Source: Eubacteriales bacterium
GTDB lineage: Bacteria > Bacillota > Clostridia > Oscillospirales > CAG-272
Assembly: GCA_045588675.1 (NCBI GenBank)
Contig: JAZNER010000019.1
Coordinates: forward strand, 2,003-66,002
Length of the DNA: 64,000 nt
Direction of reading: 5' to 3'
A program made the translations under genes and the position numbers. Positions 58,554 through 64,000 of this stretch are shown here, one piece after another. Below the pieces are notes generated by a model. It searched no databases. It saw only the letters and a list, made by a program, of their open reading frames with translations, and was not told the origin of the DNA. Within the stretch, counting starts at the first letter, position 1. Every line of letters starts with the position of its first letter.

Positions 58554-58636
58554 AGCGGCCGCTTGGTCACTTGAAGTGATACAACTCGCCAAAGGCGAGT
58601 TAAGGGTTCGAAATCCGATTGTCACATCGTAACTTC
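58550..58636 (+). repeat. Repeat module copy 2
   Basis: TTGGAGCGGCCGCTTGGTCACTTGAAGTGATACAACTCGCCAAAGGCGAGTTAAGGGTTCGAAATCCGATTGTCACATCG... The tRNA-Cys-like 15-mer is at 58611-58625. Confidence 0.85.
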
Positions 58637-58665
58637 TTGACACCTCACCGTTTTTATGCTATAAT
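58637..58665 (+). promoter_or_regulatory. Cassette promoter copy 2
   Basis: TTGACACCTCACCGTTTTTATGCTATAAT, with the same 17-nt spacing. The 5'-UTR/RBS (AAGAAAGGCGGTGG) is also shared with copy 1. Confidence 0.75.
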
Positions 58666-58689
58666 AAGGCAAAGAAAGGCGGTGGAACT

Positions 58690-59640
58690 ATGAAAATGAT
58701 ATCAATAAAGACGGCTGCACTTGTTTTGATGTTTTTGTGGATATTATCTTTTGCAATTTGTAACCATTTGGATCTTGTGTCCCAAAAATCAACTTCAAAG
58801 TCTCCACACGCCGAAACCGAGCTAAGTGAGGTATCGGGTACAAATAAATCGGATAAAAATTCTGATGAAACCGAAGAAAAAAATCAAAAAGATCCAGACA
58901 TTAACAAATATAGAGAAGATTATAATTTAGGAACATGCAAAAACCTAAGTGGGAATGTTTCTGTTGTTCTGTTTTATGTTGATGATTTCGAAAGCAGCTG
59001 GAAAAAAGAAGAAATAGATAGGTTTACTCAAAAAGAAGTTGTTCCGGGTTTGGCATTTTTGGAAAAAGCGGCGAAAGCGTACGGGATTGAATTGTCTTTA
59101 GATATTAAAGAAACATATTCATCTATATATTATGACGGTGAAGTTATTACAAGTATAAAAAACACAGGTCTTGCATCTACCAACATATTGTGGCAGGCCG
59201 CGCAGCAAATAAACTATTCCTCAACCGAAGAAATGATAAATTCATTCAGATCAATTTACGAAACTGAAGAAGTTGTATGCTTTACGATATTCAATAAAAA
59301 CGGCACATCTTATGCAATTAATCCAAAAAGGGATTATGATTACAAATTAGATGAGCACTGTATAATTTTTTCACGCGATTTCGATTCAAAAGGTAAAGAT
59401 CCCGATGGTTGGCATGCGTCGGTCATTGCACACGAAACGCTCCATCTTTTCGGCGCCGAAGACTTTTATACAAGTGCATCCCGTAAAATGTTGGCACAGC
59501 TCTATTATCCCAACGATATTATGTTGTCTTGCGCTTATAATATAAATAAGAATAATATCGGAAAGGCAACGGCGTTTTATATTGGATGGATCGAACAAAT
59601 GCCTGCCCTTCTCAGTAAAGAAGGCTGGCAAATAAATTAA
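58690..59640 (+). CDS. Secreted or membrane-anchored putative zinc metallopeptidase (HExxH)
   Basis: An N-terminal signal/anchor is present (AALVLMFLWILSFAIC), followed by a low-complexity acidic linker. A single HExxH lies in VIAHETLHLFGAEDFY near the C-terminus. The family is not identified. Confidence 0.6.
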   Translation: MKMISIKTAALVLMFLWILSFAICNHLDLVSQKSTSKSPHAETELSEVSGTNKSDKNSDETEEKNQKDPDINKYREDYNLGTCKNLSGNVSVVLFYVDDFESSWKKEEIDRFTQKEVVPGLAFLEKAAKAYGIELSLDIKETYSSIYYDGEVITSIKNTGLASTNILWQAAQQINYSSTEEMINSFRSIYETEEVVCFTIFNKNGTSYAINPKRDYDYKLDEHCIIFSRDFDSKGKDPDGWHASVIAHETLHLFGAEDFYTSASRKMLAQLYYPNDIMLSCAYNINKNNIGKATAFYIGWIEQMPALLSKEGWQIN

Positions 59641-59653
59641 TACAAAAAATGGT

Positions 59654-60043
59654 ATGAATATGATCCAAAGTACAAAAGAACTTTACAATAAAATGCTTGA
59701 AACTCCCGGCATTTGCGGCAAATTCGAATTAATTGATAATACTATATTTTGGAATCTTTTCGATGGATACGAGATTCAAATATCTATCGACCCTCCTGAT
59801 ACTTATTTTGGTATTGCAAAAAAGTTGTTTGGGAAAATTACTGATTCGATTATACATTGGCACCCCAATGAAGAAGATGTTTTTCAAGAAGTTTGTGCCA
59901 TTGGGTTGAAAGGACATGTTTTGGTAATTAGAAAAAACTTATTATGTTCCTCAGTAGTTTATATGGGTAAAGAAGGAAATTCACCATATTCCATTAAAAA
60001 GAAATTGTCTTGGGGAAAAATCTATTATCTTAAAGCAAAATAA
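59654..60043 (+). CDS. Small cytoplasmic hypothetical protein (129 aa)
   Basis: The ORF starts 13 nt after the previous stop and lies in the same transcription unit. It has no signal peptide and no recognisable motif. The SD is weak, so the start (59654 or 59660) is uncertain. Confidence 0.5.
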   Translation: MNMIQSTKELYNKMLETPGICGKFELIDNTIFWNLFDGYEIQISIDPPDTYFGIAKKLFGKITDSIIHWHPNEEDVFQEVCAIGLKGHVLVIRKNLLCSSVVYMGKEGNSPYSIKKKLSWGKIYYLKAK

Positions 60044-60076
60044 AGAGGCATCCTTCCTGTCAACTCATACCCAAAA

Positions 60077-60110
60077 AATAAGCAACCCCATTGGGTTGCT
60101 TATTTTTTAT
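60077..60110 (+). terminator. Terminator, near-duplicate of the tRNA operon terminator
   Basis: AATAAGCAACCC-CATT-GGGTTGCTTATT followed by TTTT. Compare AGCAACCC-TGTT-GGGTTGCT at 57811-57830. Confidence 0.85.
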
Positions 60111-60171
60111 TCAAGCTGTAGGCTTGGCATATCATCGACGCCAAAAATTTCGGGTGATAGGGCGCACGAGG

Positions 60172-60200
60172 TTGACACCTCGACATTTTTATGCTATAAT
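60172..60200 (+). promoter_or_regulatory. Cassette promoter copy 3
   Basis: TTGACACCTCGACATTTTTATGCTATAAT has the same -35, spacer length and extended -10 as copies 1 and 2. The upstream GCTTGG.. segment is only weakly related to the module. Confidence 0.75.
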
Positions 60201-60251
60201 CGACTTGGAAATATTTTCTCAATACAGTTACGTGTCAAGAAAGGATTGCTT

Positions 60252-62162
60252 ATGAAACAGATATTCCTGCGAATTATTACCGTATTTCTCACCCTTGTGA
60301 TGCTCCTCTCGCTTTGCGTTACCGCGCACGCTGAGGCAGGATCGGCAGATGAGATCACTATTCTTTTTACCCACGACCTACACTCCCACCTGCTTCCGTC
60401 TGCAGACGAGGACGGAGATGGCGAGTACGGCGGATATGCACGCCTGATGACCCTTATACAGGCGCAGAAGGCAATCGATCCCGACGCCATTCTGGTGGAC
60501 GGCGGAGATTTCTCTATGGGCTCATTGTTTCAAACGGCATACGCTACCTCTGCTATCGAGCTGCGTATGATGGGTGCGATGGGCTATGATGCTACCACCT
60601 TTGGCAATCACGAGTATGATTATCTACAGGATGGACTCAAATCTATGCTGAATGTTGCCGCGGATTGCGGTGACCCCGTCCCTCCGATCCTTTGTGCAAA
60701 TTATTGGCCACCCAAGGAAGGTCAGTCAGGCTATGACGCGGCTATGTGGGATGCGCTTAACAATTACGGTGTCAAGGACTATATGCTTTTGGAAAGAGGC
60801 GGAGTCCATTATGTTATCTTCGGTATTTTCGGTATTGATTCGGATGATTGCGCTCCAAATTCGGGAATGATACTGGAGGATCCCGCTACAATAGCTCAGG
60901 AAACCGTAAACGCCGCGGTAAAGGAATGCAAGGACAAATACGGCGCAGATCCTGTAGTCATATGTCTGTCGCATAGCGGAACTGAGGACGGTAAGGGCGA
61001 GGACTATGAGTTAGCGAAGTCAGTGAACGGTATCGACGTCATCATCTCGGGCCATACTCATACCACTCTTAAGGATCCTATCGTAGTGAACGACACTATC
61101 ATAGCCTCGGCAGGAGAGTACGGACGCTACCTTGGTGTGATCAAAATGACCAATCAGGGCGAGCTTAAGAGCTACGAGCTTATCTCGGTTGACGAGAATG
61201 TGCCTGAGGATCCCGCTGTTGCAGCTCTTGTGGAGAGCTATAAGACCTCTGTGGAGGAGGATTATCTTTCCAAGTACGGCTTTACATTTGATCAGGTACT
61301 ATTACATAACACATATAAATTCGACACGGTGGACGAGGTATATGCTACTCAGCACGAGTCCACTCTCGGTAATCTGTTTGCCGACGCTTACAAGGAAGCG
61401 GTGGAAAACACTACAGGTAAGCGAGTAGATGTGGCGTTGACTGCCGCAGGTGTTGTGCGCGCCACTATGCCTATCGGTAACGTAACCGTTTCTGATGTAT
61501 TCAATGCCGCATCACTGGGAGTCGGCACTGAGGGCGAGCTTATCGCGATCTACGTTACGGGAAAGGATCTGAAAAATGCTATCGAGCTGGATGCCTCGGT
61601 TCAGCCGCTTATGACCTCTGCCCAGCTGTTTATGTCGGGTGTGGAATATTCCTTCAACACTAATCGAATGATCTTCAACAAGGTGGACTATGCAATGCTT
61701 CGAAACGAGGACGGCACGCTTTGCGAGATCGAGGACGACAAGCTTTATCATATCGTGGCGGGTATGTATATGGGTCAGATGCTTGGCTCAGCAGAGCAAA
61801 CCTCAATGGGTATTCTTACGATCACTCCCCGTGACGAGCACGGAAACCCCATATCTGTAGATGAGCTTGTCAATTACGTGGTTAAGGACGAGCAAGGCAA
61901 TCCGCTCAAGGAGTGGTATGCCATAGCTACGTATCTCAATTCTATGGGCGGAGAGATGGATCCCGCGTATGAAAAGCCCGATGGACGTAAGGAGGTATAT
62001 TCCAGCCTTAATCCCGTGCACCTTCTGCGCAACGCCAATATGTTTACGTATATCGCTTTTGCTGTAGTTAATCTGCTTCTTGCGCTTATCGTATTTATAA
62101 TAGTAAAGATCGTCAAGCGTACAAGAGTGAAGAAACAGGCCTCGATACAAGTCCCAAATTAA
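60252..62162 (+). CDS. Bifunctional metallophosphatase/5'-nucleotidase, signal peptide plus C-terminal TM anchor
   Basis: The start was moved to ATG 60252 (MKQIFLRIITVFLTLVMLLSLCVTAHA). Metallophosphoesterase motifs are present: THDLHSH, DGGDF, GNHEYD and SGHTH. A 5'-nucleotidase C-domain follows, then a C-terminal hydrophobic helix and a basic tail. Confidence 0.88.
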   Translation: MKQIFLRIITVFLTLVMLLSLCVTAHAEAGSADEITILFTHDLHSHLLPSADEDGDGEYGGYARLMTLIQAQKAIDPDAILVDGGDFSMGSLFQTAYATSAIELRMMGAMGYDATTFGNHEYDYLQDGLKSMLNVAADCGDPVPPILCANYWPPKEGQSGYDAAMWDALNNYGVKDYMLLERGGVHYVIFGIFGIDSDDCAPNSGMILEDPATIAQETVNAAVKECKDKYGADPVVICLSHSGTEDGKGEDYELAKSVNGIDVIISGHTHTTLKDPIVVNDTIIASAGEYGRYLGVIKMTNQGELKSYELISVDENVPEDPAVAALVESYKTSVEEDYLSKYGFTFDQVLLHNTYKFDTVDEVYATQHESTLGNLFADAYKEAVENTTGKRVDVALTAAGVVRATMPIGNVTVSDVFNAASLGVGTEGELIAIYVTGKDLKNAIELDASVQPLMTSAQLFMSGVEYSFNTNRMIFNKVDYAMLRNEDGTLCEIEDDKLYHIVAGMYMGQMLGSAEQTSMGILTITPRDEHGNPISVDELVNYVVKDEQGNPLKEWYAIATYLNSMGGEMDPAYEKPDGRKEVYSSLNPVHLLRNANMFTYIAFAVVNLLLALIVFIIVKIVKRTRVKKQASIQVPN

Positions 62163-62286
62163 GAAGGTTTTGCTTTAACTCCGATTGTTATTTAAAAGTA
62201 TACGCCAAACTACAAAAGATGAATATATAAAGAACACAAAAAAATGAATTTTTAAGCAACATACTTTTTTCACAGACCAGTACGAC

Positions 62287-62320
62287 AAAAAAATCCGCAC
62301 ACGGCGTGTGCGGATTTTTT
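62287..62320 (+). terminator. Terminator after the 5'-nucleotidase gene
   Basis: AAAAAAATCCGCACAC-GGC-GTGTGCGGATTTTTT. Confidence 0.85.
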
Positions 62321-62329
62321 ATCTTTTTG

Positions 62330-62362
62330 CTTTTCACTTTTCACTTTTCACTTTTCACTTCA
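62330..62362. repeat. Heptanucleotide tandem repeat (CTTTTCA) x4 plus a partial unit
   Basis: Read directly: CTTTTCA CTTTTCA CTTTTCA CTTTTCA CTTCA. Confidence 0.9.
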
Positions 62363-62437
62363 ATTTTTAATTATTGCAATTTTGATTATACAATAGAATT
62401 ATAACATAAAAATATTTATTTATTTCTCTTTATTTTA

Positions 62438-62466
62438 TTGACAAATATAAAAAGTTGTGCTATACT
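62438..62466 (+). promoter_or_regulatory. Sigma-A-type promoter upstream of the GH28-like gene
   Basis: TTGACA (62438)-17 nt-TGCTATACT (TATACT at 62461-62466). Confidence 0.65.
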
Positions 62467-62511
62467 TGACTTATCATAAAAGCATTAAATCAGATAAGGA
62501 GATTTTTAGTT

Positions 62512-64000
62512 ATGTCTTGTAAAATTTACCCTAAGCAAAATGTTTACTATGCTGTTTCCAATTATAAAGTAAAAATCAACGGTGAGGCTGTTGAGGTTGA
62601 TACTGCAAGAGTATCGGCAGTTCCTATGAACCGCCGTTGGCCAGGACATCAGCGCCAAATTGAACAGTCAGAGCTGGTAAACTTTGTTTCTTTTGCTTGT
62701 GATGGCGAAAATGTTATCGAAATTACCCCGAAGGACGATTTTGAGAGCTTTGTTATCCGTCCTCGCTCCTTGAATTTCAAATCCGAAATTACAGATAATA
62801 AAACAATCAAAATCACTATAGACCACCCTGCATATTTTACTGTTGAACCCTACGGCAGACATAACGCGCTCCATATTTTTGCCGACCCGATGCCTTCTTA
62901 TCAGGTTGAGAAAAATGATAATGTTTTGTATTTCGGTAAAGGCGTGTATGATATTGGCGTGCTTGAGCTTAAGAGTAACCAAACCGTGTTTATTGACGAG
63001 GGTGCGCTTGTTTACGGTTGTATTCACGCTACAGACGCAGAAAATATCAAAATTTTGGGCAGAGGTATTTTAGACAACAGCCGAAACAAAGAAAAAATAC
63101 TCTTTGATGTAAACGCCGAAAACAACACTCAGGACGTTGGAAACTCCGAGAGAATACATACTATTCAGCTTGATTACTGCACAAATATTGAAATCGACGG
63201 AATTACTATCCGCGATTCGTTAGTTTACAATATTCGCCCTGTAGGATGCAGAAATCTCAAAATCAGAAACGTTAAAATAATAGGCTGCTGGAGATTTAAC
63301 TCTGACGGAATTGATATGCACAACTGCGAAAATGTTGATATTGATTCCTGCTTTATCCGCACCTTTGACGACTCTGTCTGCATAAAAGGCTTTGACTGCT
63401 TTATGGCCGAGGACCCCGCTAAAGCAACCGAAGAAGCAACCTACAGAAAAGGCCAGGTTTACGATTGCTTCAAAAATGCTCACGTTAAAAATTGCACTAT
63501 ATGGAATGACTGGGGTAAGTGCCTTGAAATCGGTGCTGAAACCCGCGCAAGAGAGATTTGCGATATTCATTTTCAAAATTGCAATATAATTCACGTAACT
63601 CATGATGTTTTGACCTGCTCAAACGGTGACAACGCCTTTGCTCACGACATAACATACGAAAACATCAGCATTGAATACGACGATCAAATTCCAACTCCTA
63701 TTATACAGAAGAATGATGCGGAGGTTTATCAGAACATCAATCCAAACTACACACCAAGACTTGTTGATGTCGGCGTATATTGCTTCCCCGAATATTCAAG
63801 AGGCGTGCTTGAAAGAGGCAAAAATCACAACATAATTTTCAAAAATATCAAGCTTTTTGCAAATGAAAATCAAAGAATTAAGGTCAGAGTTTTAGGCTTT
63901 GACGAAGGACACAAGAGCAGCAATGTAATTCTTGAAAATTTGCAGTTCAACGGAAGAAAAATTGCAGACACACAAGAAATCGACTTGGTTGTAAATGAAT
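62512..64000 (+). CDS. Glycoside hydrolase family 28-like parallel beta-helix protein (5' part; open to window end)
   Basis: My own translation from ATG 62512 (after AAGGAGA) gives MSCKIYPKQNVYYAVSNYKVKINGEAVEVDTARVSAVPMNRRWPGHQRQ...RFNSDGIDMHNCENVDIDSCFIRTFDDSVCIKG...GKCLEIGAE. The NxDG, DD and IK-type motifs are like polygalacturonase-family enzymes. It is not in the ORF track because there is no stop before the window end. Confidence 0.7.
   Translation, partial: MSCKIYPKQNVYYAVSNYKVKINGEAVEVDTARVSAVPMNRRWPGHQRQIEQSELVNFVSFACDGENVIEITPKDDFESFVIRPRSLNFKSEITDNKTIKITIDHPAYFTVEPYGRHNALHIFADPMPSYQVEKNDNVLYFGKGVYDIGVLELKSNQTVFIDEGALVYGCIHATDAENIKILGRGILDNSRNKEKILFDVNAENNTQDVGNSERIHTIQLDYCTNIEIDGITIRDSLVYNIRPVGCRNLKIRNVKIIGCWRFNSDGIDMHNCENVDIDSCFIRTFDDSVCIKGFDCFMAEDPAKATEEATYRKGQVYDCFKNAHVKNCTIWNDWGKCLEIGAETRAREICDIHFQNCNIIHVTHDVLTCSNGDNAFAHDITYENISIEYDDQIPTPIIQKNDAEVYQNINPNYTPRLVDVGVYCFPEYSRGVLERGKNHNIIFKNIKLFANENQRIKVRVLGFDEGHKSSNVILENLQFNGRKIADTQEIDLVVNE

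Noticed and set aside
57838-58636. The repeat modules as functional tRNA genes. Each is a 71-nt body with an acceptor-like GGTAACG/TGTCACA and a 5-bp stem plus 7-nt loop around ACA or AAA.
   Set aside because: There is no conserved D-loop (GG) and no proper T-stem or T-loop. Position 33 is C. The would-be anticodon differs between the copies (ACA vs AAA). The stem is better read as a 7-N3-7 palindrome. At most these are tRNA-derived relics.
60096-60251. TTG-start extension of the 5'-nucleotidase ORF.
   Set aside because: It begins inside the terminator hairpin and crosses promoter copy 3. The ATG at 60252 is followed by a textbook signal peptide.
57803-62320. The cassette array as an integron, or as attC-bounded cassettes (CALIN).
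   Set aside because: There is no intI-like tyrosine recombinase and no R''/R' core sites of the form RYYYAAC...GTTRRRY flanking the ORFs. Each cassette carries its own promoter, unlike integron cassettes. Integrons are essentially unknown in this phylum.
57838-62362. A CRISPR array, suggested by the repeated modules or the heptamer tract.
   Set aside because: There are only 2-3 module copies, separated by 0.7-1.5 kb of coding DNA. The heptamer units have no spacers. No cas genes are present.

Overview
This is a 64-kb chromosomal segment that looks like it comes from an endospore-forming member of the Clostridia. The evidence for that is the yqfC-yqfD-phoH-ybeY-era-recO block, ylbJ, a long Bacillus-type SRP RNA and T-box leaders. 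GC content is mid-40s % by eye.

About 85% of the window is ordinary core genome:
- Repair, replication and recombination: uvrA, uvrB, uvrC, recO, recR, polA, topB, dnaX, ybaB.
- Translation and RNA: valS, trpS, trmD, rimM, rsmD, era, ybeY, five tRNAs, SRP RNA.
- Metabolism: pgi, coaD, ptsH, two aminotransferases, a PHP-type histidinol phosphatase.
- Sporulation and envelope genes.

I see no rRNA, CRISPR/cas, integrase, transposase or phage structural genes.

Four places do not look like plain core genome:
1. 57.8-62.3 kb, immediately downstream of a tRNA-Val/Asp/Gly/Cys operon. Three consecutive transcription units each carry a near-identical 29-bp sigma-A-type promoter. Two of them are preceded by an ~85-bp module containing a copy of the 3' half of tRNA-Cys and a perfect 7-N3-7 palindrome. 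The cassettes encode a 2-TM protein, a secreted HExxH protein plus a small partner, and a membrane-anchored 5'-nucleotidase. This is my best candidate for something undescribed.
2. 40.8-42.6 kb. An orphan ~400-aa protein sits between tandem terminators and a nested cluster of GTAG-headed REP/BIME-like palindromes.
3. 51.0-54.7 kb. An AT-rich zinc-ribbon membrane protein is followed by an SPFH/prohibitin protein and a NatAB-like ABC exporter.
4. 15.2-18.4 kb. A very large polytopic, O-antigen-ligase-like membrane protein is followed by two translationally coupled membrane-anchored paralogs.

All family assignments come from reading the translations and from motif memory. No database search was possible. 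Several ORF-track starts were moved to internal ATGs with Shine-Dalgarno support. The ORF track translates TTG/GTG starts as M.
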